This document shows, piece after piece, positions 20,625-33,208 of a stretch of DNA of 64,000 bases. The translations under genes were made by a program, and so were the position numbers. The notes beneath the pieces are model-generated. The model worked only from the letters and a program-made list of their open reading frames with translations. It was not told the DNA's origin and made no database searches. The stretch is from Dudresnaya verticillata (lineage: Eukaryota): positions 2,232,001 to 2,296,000 of the forward strand of contig OZ374561.1 in assembly GCA_977862235.1 (NCBI GenBank). The letters are read 5' to 3'. Within the stretch, counting starts at the first letter, position 1, and each line of letters opens with the position of its first letter.

Positions 20625-23473
20625 ATGGCAGGGGAGGAGAGCAAGCGTTCCCCTTCCCCCTTTCAACCGACACGGCGTACCCGCGCGAGCTCGACGACGC
20701 GAGCGCCAGGTGCGCCTACCGTTACGGATGCTTCGACGCAAGCGCAGGCCTCGCCCTCGGCGGTTGTGGCACCACGCACGACGAGTGGTTGCGTGGATGT
20801 TTCCGCAGCGGAACCGTCGCAGGCACTATCGGCGGGCCGCGGCTGGTCTATCTACGATCCGAATCGGTTTGCTGCTGGCCCAGCCCCAAGGAGTACCCCG
20901 TCATGGAACGTAGCGACACACCGCCGCGGAGAAGATGTGACCAAGGATGACGACGAGGAGATCCGACGTGGAGGGGAGGAGCTCAACTTGGCGGACCTAC
21001 CCGCGATTCCGTTACGGACGCCATCGACCCCAATCTCAACCCCGATGCGGAACCTGGGTGCAAGCCCATATACGTCAGGCAGTACTCCGAAACGGTCGCG
21101 GGTGCGAGTGCGGAGCACGACGCCGACGACCGGCTCTTGGATGCCAATGGCGCGTACCCGTAGCGGTGAGGGCCCTGCTCCGAGCGGATCTTGGCCGGGA
21201 CACCATTTCGACCACCGTGCGGGGCGCCCGACGAGATCCGATGCGGAACGGGCTAAGGTGACACCACCGATGACAGTGTCAAACTTCATCGAGGGTTACC
21301 CAACCGTGTTGGAAGCGCAACGATACCAAGCCGTTTCGGAGCAGCCCTTCAAGGCAAACCAGCGAATTGGTTTCGTACCGAATCGGCGGGCGTTTGTGTG
21401 GCAAAGCCGATGGGTACACAGCTACTGCCAAGAGCGCACCTCTACCGTTTCGGATTTGTTGTGGTACCGTTGCCACGGAGAAGTGGGGTATACGGCGAAG
21501 GTGAGCCGCTTGTTGGTGACGGCGTTCCGTCTACGTGGGGCGCCGATCGGGGTGCAGTTTATCTGCTTTGACCCTCCGTATGACCAGTCGGTGTATTGGT
21601 TCCGCTATGCCGACGGGTGGAAAGACGACGCGGCGACGGAACACCGATTGCGGACGCGTAACCGAGACGGAATGCACGTGGGGGCACCCATCTTGCACAC
21701 GTGGAATACCAAAGAGTTCTTCCACCTTCCGTATCGGATGCGACGTGAGCTCTACCTCACAGCTCCGCCGTGGTGGGATAAATACGAGGTAACTCGTTGG
21801 TTATCCGTGCCTACGCCTTCTGTGGTGGCCTACTTCTCAGCAGACCTGCTCACGGAGCGGGAATGGAATCGCGAACATCCGAACGGAGAGCGTTCCCCTA
21901 TCCAGGATCAACTCGATGTGCTTTGGCGCATCTTCCGATCGGAGTGGGCAATGCTGGTGCTGTTTTCGTGGCTCCAAGTTGCCTACTACGGAGTGCGGTG
22001 CAATACCAAGTTATCCGACTGGCGCTGCTTCCCGCGTGATGATGCTGACCTACCCGGAGGGGACTGTGGCCGTATCTTTCAACTTCCCGTGACGGTGATT
22101 GCTCTAATTCGCCAAGTCGGTGTAGCCGATTTGGTGACGGGGTCGGCGTACCCACTCCATCGGGTTGAGCGTCTTTTATCCGTACACGGAGAGCAGGATT
22201 GGCAACGCACTCCGGGCTTCTTGGGGTATAGTTGGGATGAGGACCGTGTCCTATCGGTGCCCCCGCTTAGGCCCGGAGTGAGTGAGCCATATTTCCTTCA
22301 TCGAGAAGACCCGCGTCCGGAATGGTTGGCATTAGAGGTGCAGGCCCATCGGTGCTATGCTCCTCGCCAAGCACCAAGGGATGCGTACCGTGACTGTTTG
22401 GACGGAGCTGAAGATTGGGGGAGCTGTCAGGAGGCAGCGGGGCGTTCGCGTACAATCGACCCGCTCGATTCCGTTACGGTGAGGCAGCAAGAGGCTGACC
22501 CCTTCTTGGAAGACCAGGAGGAGGTCATGCCCGTGGCCTCAATGGAAGCGGGTAGCGAGAAGACACCCGCTCCAATCCTTCCGGTGGCCGCGACAACCAC
22601 GTCGCACGATGTGGATCGTGAGACTCCTATTCCCGTATCGGATAAGGCCCCAACGCCCATAGGCGTGGTTGCGCCGACTATGGCGGTGCCCAAGCTTGCG
22701 GCACCATCCAAGGAGGGAGTCTCAAAGGAGCAGATCGTTTCGGAAGTGGCGCCGGATACTGTACCGGCGGCACCGTCTCCTGCAACGCAAATGCCTGCCG
22801 CCGCGGAACCGCCCCTGCCAAGTGCTCCGCTGTCGGCGCCCACTCCCGCACCAGCGGTGAGTGAGGCACCGATCACCGTATCGGCAGTGGCTGCAAAGCG
22901 CCCAAGTGTTGGGGCAACTGGAGACAAGCCCTCTTTTCTCGCGTCAAGTCATGAACCGTTACGGAAAAGCGATATCGCCTCGCCAGAGAAGGACACGGAT
23001 CCACCGCTGCGGAAGGACGTACCTTCACCCGAGTCGGGACCATCCGTATTGGTGGTTTCCTCAACGGAGCATTCACTCGAAGCCGGGGTTAGGGATAAGC
23101 CGTCGATCTCCCCGAAGGTAGAGCTTCAAGAAGATGAGGATCCCCCGTTACGGTTCCGGCTCATCTAGCCGCTACGGAAAGTGGGTTACAGGTGCTGCGA
23201 GGCATTTGCCGTACGCAGCGCTTCCCATTGCCAGGATCCGTTCAGGAAGCGCTAACCTTAGCGGAGGGGTTGATGGAACAGGTAATTCATCTCCGCGCGG
23301 TGGTCCGTCGTCAACGTCGGCGCATGGATAGTGCGATTCGCGTCTTGGGAGATGATACGCAACGCGTATTCCAGTCGGATCCGAGTGGGGAACCCGGCTT
23401 ACGAACGGGACAGGGGAGTAACGAGGAAGCTACAGTTGCCCCTGCTCCGAAGCGGCGTCGACGTACCTCTTAG
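20625..23473 (+). CDS. Antisense accessory ORF of element A, function unknown: 847 aa to 23168, plus a frameshifted C-terminus (coiled coil, KRRRRTS) to 23473
   Basis: ATG in CACCATGG context ~130 bp inside the 3' LTR boundary. Long open frame with a Trp/Tyr-rich globular core flanked by low-complexity regions. Probable frameshift in the C5 run at 23142-23146. Confidence 0.75.
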
Positions 23474-23576
23474 AGTTACAGTGCGACGATCTCCTTAACG
23501 GTTTCCATTATTCCTCGATCTTCGCTTGCGATAAACATTGTGTATTCTGCTCACGCCCCAGCACTCCAATTGTCCG

Positions 23577-26500
23577 TTACGGTGAGTGACGTGTTGGATT
23601 AGCACGTCGCCTTGGCTTACCCTTAGTGGATGTCTTTTTCTTTTGCTTCCAATATCGGTAGATGAAATTCTGCGGTAACTCCTCCGCGGGCTCAAAAGTG
23701 TCTTGATCCGGAGGGTAACCATACCAGCGGACTTTGTATGTCATCCCAGTAGGTTCGTCGCGGTGACCGACAATCTTTTCGATCACATATTCCGTATCGG
23801 CTTGCAGTGGTTCCGTCGCGGAGGGAGTAGTACCTTCTGGAGGTGGCACTAATTCTCCGTAGACGGTTGATGGCGTGACAGGCGGCACTGTTAAGGGTGC
23901 CGGCTGAACCGCAACTCCGATCGGGACCTTCGTGATGCGATCAATACTTACGGGGATCAATACCCCTTCCTTTCGGATTGTAACAACATGTTCCGTTGCG
24001 GATTCCACTTCGTAAGGCCCAGTAGCTCTCGGAAGGAGTTTCTTCATTTCCTGAGCCACCTCGCCTACATCATCCGGCTTGCCTTCCAATCGGTCCCGTT
24101 CACGGCGTTCGGCAGGCCGCAAGTTATGGGGCGGCCTGTCGACGTAGACTTGATCTCCGTTACGGATTATGAGCCTAAAGCGCACCTTACGGTCAAACAG
24201 TGCCTTGGCTTTTTGCTGAGCCACTGTTTGCTTCGTGCGCGCTGTTTGGAGCGCATACCGTAAACGGCGCATGGTACTCCGCTTATGTAGCGCCGGGGTC
24301 ATACGTCCTTCCGTAACGGTTTCTTGATGCTCGACAGGAGCCCCTCGTACAACAATGTCCGATGGGTGGCGTGTCAGCACCAAATCAAATGGCGTTGTTT
24401 CCGTAACACGGTGTACCTGCATGTTGTACGCATACGTCAACGGTTGCAGGTACAGATCCCAATCGGAATGATGATCCTCAACGTAATGGCGCAAACGCTG
24501 AGCGATTGTCTTATTAAATCGCTCAGCTTGCCCATTCGTCTGCGGATGGTAGGCAGCGGTGAGCAGGTGCCTGACTCCGAGTAAGGAACACACCGCGTCG
24601 AAGAACTTAGCAGTAAACTGCGGTCCGTCTTCGGTTAGGACAAATTGGGGTGCGCCGTAGGCGTACACCCAAAAGTCCAGAAAGGCGTTAGCCACCACAA
24701 CGGCTGTTGTTGTCCGTAACGGAATACAGCGCGTCAGCTTAGAGAACCAATGGGTTATGACCAAAACGTAGACATAACCCCGTTTTGTCTTCGGAAGTGG
24801 CCCGAGAATGTCGATAGCGACAAACTCCAAAGGTCCGCTAGCGGGGAAAATTTTCATAAACCTTTGATTCCGAAAGCGGGTTCCCTTTGTCTTCACGCAG
24901 GAGCGACATGTCCAAACGGATTCAAAGACATCGTTGGCCATATGAGGCCAATAATAATCCTGTCGGAGTGTATAATACATCTTAATTCCGCCTGGGTGAC
25001 CCGACATCAGGGTGTAGTGGGATAAATACAATACCCGTCCACGGAGCTCGCTTGGCACCACCTTCTGTAGAGCGCCATCCAATTGGGACTTGCGTACCAA
25101 GAATCCGTTACGGTCATAGTCAAACTATGATCCAGGGGAGCATACCGTATCGGCTTTGAGACGACAGAAAGGGTCTCTGGCTTGCGCTTCGAGAAACTCC
25201 TCCCTGGTAATTGTCTCATCCTTAACGTCGGATTCTTGGATTACAGTAAACCGTGACGGTATTGCGTCGGGCTTATCAGGGGAGGCGGATGCGCTCCCAC
25301 TGGCGGGCTCCATGGCGCATATTACGTTATTTTCCGTAGCGGTTTCTCGCGATGTGGCCCAATCGGTTAAATAAACTCCATGCTCATATAATCCGTCGAC
25401 GGTATTTTCGGCGATAAAGCAGGGCATCTCTTCATCCAAAGGTCTATCGTCACCACCATCCGTTCGGAGTCGCGACATCCCATCGGCGAGTTGATGCTTA
25501 ATTCCAGGATGGTATTGCACCTCAAATTCAAATTCCGATAGGCGAAGCCTCCACCTGGCTAGGCGGCCAGATGAGTCTGCGAGGTTCAGGATCCACCGCA
25601 GGGCATCGTGATCCGTTCGGAGAATAAAATTATCACCGTAAAGGTAGGGTCGGAGTGTTAACATGCTCCAGACCACGGCTAAGCATTCCTTTTCGGTTGT
25701 CGTATAATTTTCTCCGCATCGGTGAGGCTTCGGCTCCAGTATCCAATGGAGGTGATTGCCATTCGGTTGTTCCTGCAGAAGGACACAGCCGACTTGGTGG
25801 TCACATGCGTCAGTGTCCAACGTATATTTATATCCGTGACGGGGTAGAGCCAATATAGGTGGAGAGATAAGGCGTCTCTTCAGTTCCTCGAAGGCTTCAT
25901 ATTCCGTATCGGATAATATTCCAAACTCAAAGGGTGAGCCCTTGCCGGTTTTCTTATTTAGCGGAGCTGAAATCCGAGCGAAGTTGGGTACAAAGCGACG
26001 ATACACGTTACACATTCCCAGGAAGGATCGCAATTCCGTTTGGTTTGTCGGCGGCTTCGCGACCTTAACGGATTGGATATTTCTATTATCCACTTCTAAT
26101 TTTCCGGGACGGATAACATGCCCCAGGTATTGTACAGACGCGTTGAAGAAGTCACACTTTGACAATTTCAACGTTACCCCAGCGGATCGTAAAAGCGTAA
26201 GGACTTCCTTCAGGTGGTGGAAATGTTCCGTAACGGTTTTTGAGTAGACAATTACATCGTCTAGGTAGACGAGGGCAAATTGTCATTTAACCGTAGAAAG
26301 GATTATATCCACTGCCCGTTGGAAGGTTGCCGGTGCATTTTTCAATCCGAATGGCATTCTCCAAAAACGGTATAAGCCAAAATGGCTAGTGAAGGTAGTT
26401 TTGTCCCTTTCCTCTTCCGGAATCTCGACTTGCCAATATCCACTATTGCAATCCAGGGTGGTAAATACAGTAGCTTCCCCAAGGGAATCTATGCACTCAT

Positions 26501-27641
26501 CCATCCTGGGCAAGGGATATGAGTCCCTAACCGTTACGGAATTGAGCCTTCTATAGTCAACACAGAACCGCATGGTGCCGTCCTTTTTTGGAACGAAAAC
26601 CACGGGGCTGGCCCACTCCGATGAGGCTGGTTCAATTACCTTAGCGGAAAGCATGCGATCGATCTCTGTCTTTTCGAGATCTCGCTGCTTATGTCCGGCA
26701 CGGTATGGGGCTTGATATACTGGCTTAGCTCCGGGATTTAACTCGATGCGGTGCTTGGCAGCTGTAATGTTGCCAAGATCGCCACTCCACATCGACTTAT
26801 ATTCCTCGAGTAGGGTTAAAATCCGTTTGCGGAGCGATGCTTCTTCTGTGCCGATCTGGACTTGATCCTTCCAATTGGTAGTATTTGTATTTTCCGTTAC
26901 GGGTTTGCTTAGTTCCTTGTCGTGACGGGAGATGCTGCTGGCCTTTTCGGAGGTAGGGTTAGAATTAAATGATTGAATAATTCCTCCCCCCTCCTTAAAT
27001 GGAGGTATACCGTCAACGGTAAAAATAGCAGAAGGGCAGCAGTAGCGAGGTCCACGACAGTAGATTTGGGCAACCGTACCGGCTTGTTAGAAAAATTAGA
27101 GACCCAGATCCGAAACGGTTTGTTAGGTACAACATCCATAATACCATTAGCCATTAACGTAAGGTGCTTAAAAGCCGGCTTAGGATGATTTTGTAGAAAG
27201 CATAACCCACCCGTGGGGTATTAACCGTTACGGTGGCTTGAGTCATAGGGGGAATAAGGGTAGATTTTGCTAAACGAATTTTCTGAGAAACCGTAGCGGT
27301 AGAAAGAGGTGAGGGCTGTAGGGTTGCAGTGGTTCCCGTCTTCGGAATTTTGGCTTGACCAACAAGGGATACCGGTGGGTAATGATGAAAAACAACTTTC
27401 CGTAACGGAGGGAGTATTGCCTTCACGTAGCGGTCGATGAAGGTAGTTCCCAAAATACAGGGAGCCGCCAAGTTCGCGACCACTAGAAAATGGACGCGAG
27501 CACGGAGCTCTCCGACACGGACGAAAAGTTGGATCTGACCAAGAGGGCGTATAGCACGATTAGACGCATCCCGTAATTGAGGACTGGCTGCTGGGCGTAT
27601 GAGTGGGAGCTATTGGCGCGGAAGGCGCCTGGCACTAATGA
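23577..27641 (-). pseudogene. pol of element A: protease C-part, dUTPase-like segment, RT, RNase H, integrase, chromodomain (stops/frameshifts)
   Basis: WASPVVFVPKKDGTMRFCVDYRRLN, MPFGLKNAPATFQR, VYLDD (~26255-26270), TDAC, LRTDH, HHCC zinc finger, AIDILGPLP, YHPQTNGQAERFN, chromodomain EYVIEKIVGHR..YKVRWYGY..DTFEP. Confidence 0.93.
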
Positions 27642-30600
27642 GCAAAATCGGAGCGTTCCGTCTTTCCTAGGTGCAAACACCACTGGCGAGGCCCAAGGCG
27701 ATTGAGAGGGCTCGATGACGCCGTGACGGAGCATGCGATCAACCTATTCCTGTGAAAACTGGCGCTGCCGCGGCCCCGCCCTGTAGGGCGGCGAGGCAAA
27801 CGGGCGCGCGCCGGGAAGGAGGTCAATATAATGCTCCGTCGTGGTGGTTTCACCTAGGGAACCATCCCACATGGCGGAGAACCGCTGAAGTAACCGTCTT
27901 ACCCGCTCGTGGTGAGCAGCGGGTAAGTGGCTAAGGTCCACGTCGTCGACAGTTAGAGTTATCTCCTGTGCGTCCCCCGGTGAGGGGGCGTCGTTGCGGG
28001 TTGACACGTGTGTCTCGTGCTTTCCACGTTAAGTAACTCGTCCGCTTCCGTCGTCGCGATGCCCAACACATCCCCCAGCTGCACGTGGCTGGGGATGACG
28101 GCAGTGGGGTGCGGCAGGGCGGTTGCGACGACTTGCCCCTTGGGGAGCAAGCGCTTCGTCGCGGAGAAGTTCGCGACGAGTATGCGGAACGGTTCGTTCG
28201 GCGTTACTTGGGCAATCCCATTTGTGGCGAGGACGCCGTGTCGCTGGTAATGGAGTCACAGGGCTGGATGCATATTGCACCCGCCCGTTCAGTGGTGACC
28301 CGCATCCACTTCTGCGACCGCTCAGGTATTACTAACTTTTCGGCGATCCGAATTTTTGGCGACAAGCGCCCCGTGATCGAGCTAGGCTCGAGATCACTTG
28401 CGGTTAACCGCTGTGCAGCTGGGAGGTGGGAGAGTGGACGACGAGTGATGGGCACTGCTGTGCCATCGTCCATCTCTACTTCCCTTGAGCGTGGGTGGAT
28501 CTCCTCCACGAACCGGTCGCAGAAGTCGCACCCAAGTATGACGGGTGCGGCGAGCTGGTCGCACACGATGAAGTCAAGCTTCACAACGCGCCGGCCCAAG
28601 CGGACCGCAAGACCCAAGGTTCCTAGGGTCTTGATCGCGTTGTTGTTCGTATCGGCGATCTTCGGGATATTACCCGTGCGCAGCGCCTCCAGTGCGGAGG
28701 GCGCCACTTCGGTTTTCCGAATGAAGTTGGGGCCTGCCCCAGTACCGAGAACACTCAACTTCCTCGTCATGGCCGCGGTGGTGCTGCCAATGTCGGCATA
28801 CACCTTATAGTTACGCTTGGCCAAGACGAAGACTCGGTCTCTCAATTATGGGGGCCGGTAGAGCGTCTGCGCTTTGGTTTTAACACCTTTGTTTGGGTGA
28901 ACCCCTGTTGACGGAGACGACCCCTTTTTTTGGCTCGGCATTCACAGTCGCCTCCCCTGTTGGGACATGGGGAGGTGACTCCCCTGCCTGGAAAGGCGGA
29001 ACCCGGCCTAGTTTTTCGGCTCGTGGTGAGCCAGCGGGGCACGGCGAAGCACACCCGGATGGCGCTCCGACTTCCGTGCTGCGGGTGGACCCGGTGATCG
29101 AGAACGCTCCCGGGCGTTGTGTTGCTGGGCCAGGTACCGGGTGTGCAGCTGCTCAGAGTAGCTGCGCGCCGGCACTTGGGCCTGCTCCTCGTCCGTGAGC
29201 GCCTCGAAGTTGATGATGATCTGACCGCGGTCACGGTATGTGAGGGTGCAATCCGTAGCGTAGTGTCCTCGACCGTACCTCGACCGTAACACGCGTGGCA
29301 GATCACCGTTGGCCCTCGCCCTGCTGGACGTTGAGCCATCGGGCGACTTGGGCGGCGGCCCTGCCAACCGGGACGAGATCGCTCGAATCCTGGAGAATGC
29401 TCCTGAAATGCGACGCGCGGCGCGGGGATGTGCCTTGGGGCCATGGCCAGCGCCGGGTCTTCTTCCGTACCGTAACCGGTATCGGTGGGGAGGTCCGTCG
29501 TCGGGAACGACGACGTGTCCGTTCCCAGTAGGTGTAAGTCACCATCATTGTTTCGGATGACCCCGTGTTCGCGCTCGCTGCGGTCCCGGAATTCAACCGA
29601 GGATTCGGCGAGCAGCGCTTGACCACGCCCTCGCGCCGTTGAAGGCGGAAGACGGGCTCTGGCCGTAGTCGGCGAAGCGGGGACTACCCCTGGTCTGCGG
29701 GATGCACCCGTTCTTGCGCGATGAGCGTCGCCCTCGTCCTGTGCAAAGTGGACGAGGTGCTCAAAGGTGAGTTCACCTCGCCGGGTCTCTTCGCGATGGC
29801 GCGCAACAAGGGAGCGGATGGTAGGGTCCAGCCCGTCGATGAACAGAGTCATCTTCTCCCAGGCCGGGTAGACGTTGCCGCAGCGATGGCACCCTTTAGA
29901 AAGGCGCATCGCAAACGCGGACTCCGTCTCACCCGGCCGTTGCGTGGTTGCACGAAGAGCGAGGGTGGCCTCACGTATGGTGCAAGGCATCGCATACGTG
30001 CACAGTAAGTAATGCACGTCCTCCGGCCACGAGTTGATTCCACCATCTGCTCGCGATGACGCGCCGCGTACACTCCGGAACTGCTGCGAAGCAGTTCCAC
30101 GGAGGACGTTCGGGAGGGCGATGAACTCCTGGGCCTCATTCATCTCCACGGTGTCGGCCTCGTCGACAAACCTCGAGAGAAAGTCAAGAATGGGCACGGG
30201 GTCATCCCCAGCAAACGCGCAGTCGCGTAAGGTCAACTCTAGCCGCTTGATTTGGTCTTTGACCTTACCAGTTTGGCGACTCGAGCGCCTTTGGGAAGTG
30301 TCGGCCAGCCGATATGTCCTGTAGGACAGTAGCCGGTCGAACAGGGGGTTCGTGGGCGTGAGCTCCTTCAGCCCCCTGTACTTCCTTCCGCCTTTGCGCT
30401 ATTGCGGCGGGCCGAGGGGCGACCCTCGGAACCGCTGTCGGATGAATCCGAGTTATGGGAGTGATCTTCAGAAGAGGACGAGGGGACGAGTTACCGTCAT
30501 CGTGACGACTACCGCGCCTGTTCCCATCGTTTGCGCGGCCACGATCACCGCGTCCACTTCGGGTCCGGTGCTCGCCTGCGCGCCGTTCTTCCGCACGCCG

Positions 30601-31674
30601 CGCCTCCGCGTCGATGATGCGGAGGTCCGTTCCGACTGGAACAACCCAGTCATACTCGCGTGCGTCGCGTTCGGCTTGGATGTACCCATTGCGATCCGGG
30701 TTCTCGACGTCCCCCGGACCGCGACCACACGAGAGTGGGCTGCCGGTCTCTCCTTCGCGTATCGGGCGATCCCGTGAAATGGGGTCAGCCCCTGCAACTC
30801 GCTCTTCCAGGAGACGGTTAACGTCTGCCCGGAGGGTGCGTAGTTCGCGGTTGACTTCATCGCGTCGGGCGTGATCGCCATGGGGACAATTCCCGGAGGC
30901 ACCGGCGTCGACGCGCGTGTTAAGCGCAGCGACTTGGCCTTCGATGTCCTGTATACGGGCGTTAACGCCATTAAACTGTTCACGGCAGGTCGCCGTGAAC
31001 TGCGCCACTGCCGCGTCTACTCACTGAGCCAGGTTGTCCACCAGGACGGCGTCCTGCGAGATGCAAATCTCGCGGACCGCCGCCCTGGGGACAGTGAGTC
31101 CTGAGGCGATGTGGACGCTGGCAGGCTCGGGATTACCCGCTGCTCCGGCCGTTGGGCCTTCCGGATACGGCGGCGGAGGCGCAGGTTCCGGCGAACGAAT
31201 CGGGCTAACCCGTGGACTGCGAGGCGCAGGAGATCCGTTAATGGATACGGTATTGGCCGGACCGTCGCAAGACGGTGCGTGGCCTTGCGGATCATACGCT
31301 GTTTGATATACAGTCGGCGCCCTTTCCACAGGGGCGCTGACTGTAGACTCCGGGGTCGATGCCGACGGCGCCAAAGGTGCCGTGGCGGTCGAAGTCGGAT
31401 CGGGATAACCCGTGTAATTAGACACAGGCGTCTGTGAAGGCGTCTGTGAAGGCGCCTGCAAGACGGGATACCCCGGGGTTGAATAAGCAGGGGCCTGCGA
31501 AGGCGCCTGCGGAGCGGGATAACCCGTAGAGATCGGTTCGGGCGCCTGAAAAGGCCCCTGGGAGACGGGAGGTCCCACGTTCGCGGTCGAACTGGCGGGA
31601 GTTCCCGTGAAGGGAATGGTTGTGGCCGGCATTGCCGGCGGAGGGTCGGACGCCATTGGCAGTCCGGCGGTCAA
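27642..31674 (-). pseudogene. gag-pro-RT(N) of element B
   Basis: Pro-rich N-terminus, capsid-like LSYRTYRL..FAGDDPVPILDFL..TQRPGETESAFAMRL..FIDGL, zinc knuckle CHACYGRGHYATDC broken by an 11-bp duplication near 29270, protease VLGTGAGPNFI..APVILGCDF, RT WASPVVFAPRKDG. Confidence 0.88.
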
Positions 31675-31993
31675 AGCGCTCGCCGTCGGTTACGCGGGAT
31701 CACCCGTTCACTGGCTGTCGGCACCAACGCGCGAGCGGCTTAAAAGCTGTCCAATCTACGGGCTTGGTCCCGGATTTGGCTGCGAGTGACCTTGAAAGCG
31801 GAGGGGGCGGCGGGGCTCCGAAGTGAGCGAGCTCGCCTTGCGGCTCGAGGTAGCTGGTCTCACCATAACGCGCGTGCGTTTTGGGAGAGCCCTTGGAAGC
31901 AAGACGAAGCGGCCGACCAATCGGAAAGGTCGGCGGGGCAGGAAGAAAAGCGGGAGAACCCGACCGGACGGAGAACGCTCCAATCGGGTGGGA

Positions 31994-32011
31994 TTCTAGG
32001 TCGGGAGACCA
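31994..32011 (-). other. Primer-binding site TGGTCTCCCGACCTAGAA (probably tRNA-Tyr)
   Basis: Starts with TGG 6 nt after the LTR end; identical 18-mer at 45610 and 48795. Confidence 0.85.
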
Positions 32012-32017
32012 TAAATG

Positions 32018-32803
32018 TGTAGTGCAACCCTCCGAATGAGAGTCGCAACCAACACAACCCACTAGTCCGACGTGGGAGGGTAGCCGCGGTGACGTGTGTG
32101 AGCGCGTCGGTACGTGGTAGGGTAGAGCAAGGGGAAGGCCCCACCCAGTGTACGGACTGTAAACACACACCAAAGCCGTGTGAGCACGTAGTGAGCCAGA
32201 AGGTGGGGGCACCGGCACAACAAGCGTGTGAAAACGAAGGTAGAAAAGGTTTCAGCACCATAGGCGTACGTAGCCCAGCTCCACGATGGCTTCACTCGCC
32301 AAGCGCACGGAGGTAGGGGTACCCTAAGTGTGGAGCCGAAGCTTGGGTTTACTCGAGGAGGTCGGTCCTAGCCCCTTAACTCCCACCGCGGGCGGCGGCG
32401 CCTAGGCGGTGGCGACTAGGGCTACTGTACACTAGCAAATAAACTAACACTAGAGTACAATAAACTAACACTACAGTAGCACAGTGTACCTACTGTACAC
32501 CGACACCAGCACGCTGTAAGACGTGTAATGACGCATGCGTGTGCGCGTGTGCACGTGTCACGCGTGTTGCGCGTGTCTTGCGCGCGCTTGCGTGGCGGTG
32601 GCTGTAAGGCGGCGAGTGCGGCCCTGTAACGGCGACGGCGGGGGAAAGCCCCAAGGGTGGGCGCGGGCCCACTGTAGTGGTCAACCATGGTCCAATGGGA
32701 ATGCCCAGCTTGGCGGCGCGCGTCGCGGACGCGCGCGAGCCATCACGCGTAGAAATGGGGTTATCAACCCCCAGCTCGGAGAGGGCTTGGGCGTTGCACC
32801 ACA
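32018..32803 (-). repeat. 5' LTR of element B (786 bp)
   Basis: Minus-strand ends TGTGGTGCAAC...GTTGCACTACA (10/11 inverted repeat), followed by the PBS. Confidence 0.85.
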
Positions 32804-33208
32804 AAAGCCAACGATTGCCGCGCGAACGGACCTAAACGTTTCGAAAGTCAAGTCCGTCGGAAGGAGTTTCAACTTTTCGACGTAAGTAGGTTGAGTAATC
32901 CGGAACGACTTCGGCGCTATCGTTTCCAAGAGCATGCCGTAGAACTCGAAGCAATCCCAGGCTCTGTCGCGAGACTCGAACTTTTCCAGCATGCGCTCGG
33001 TGAGAGCCTGAAACGCATCGTTGCCCGCTGACAACCCGTCATCGACGAACATTCCCAGCAGCCCATGAGCCTTGCTAGAACTTTCGGTCGTGCAGTATAG
33101 AGATGGTTCTCCTACCAACGGTGATAATCCGAGGTCCTTCTGCGCGTGGTTGTCGATGGTGACTCCCCAATAGTCTACAGCATCTGGCGCGCCATATAAA
33201 GGTCGGAT
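32804..33208 (-). pseudogene. Ty1/Copia reverse transcriptase fragment; target of the element B insertion
   Basis: RPLYGAPDAVDYW...EPSLY...GMFVDDGL...FYGM...ITQPTYVEKL. Confidence 0.8.

Larger units (their letters stand above)
19822..27641 (-). mobile_element. Gypsy/chromovirus family A, 3' portion: partial protease, RT, RH, INT-chromodomain, antisense ORF, PPT, 3' LTR
   Basis: Minus-strand pol fragments, PPT AAGGAGGGGGG directly before an LTR, and a family-specific CCGTANCGG motif throughout. Confidence 0.9.
27642..32803 (-). mobile_element. Gypsy family B, 5' portion (5' LTR, PBS, gag, protease, start of RT), fused to element A
   Basis: LTR 32018-32803, PBS, gag fragments, protease and RT up to DGTLRFC, where the sequence switches to family A protease. 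Confidence 0.88.

Noticed and set aside
20625..23168. Interpretation of the extra ORF as env
   Set aside because: Antisense orientation, no signal peptide or transmembrane anchor, NLS-like C-terminus
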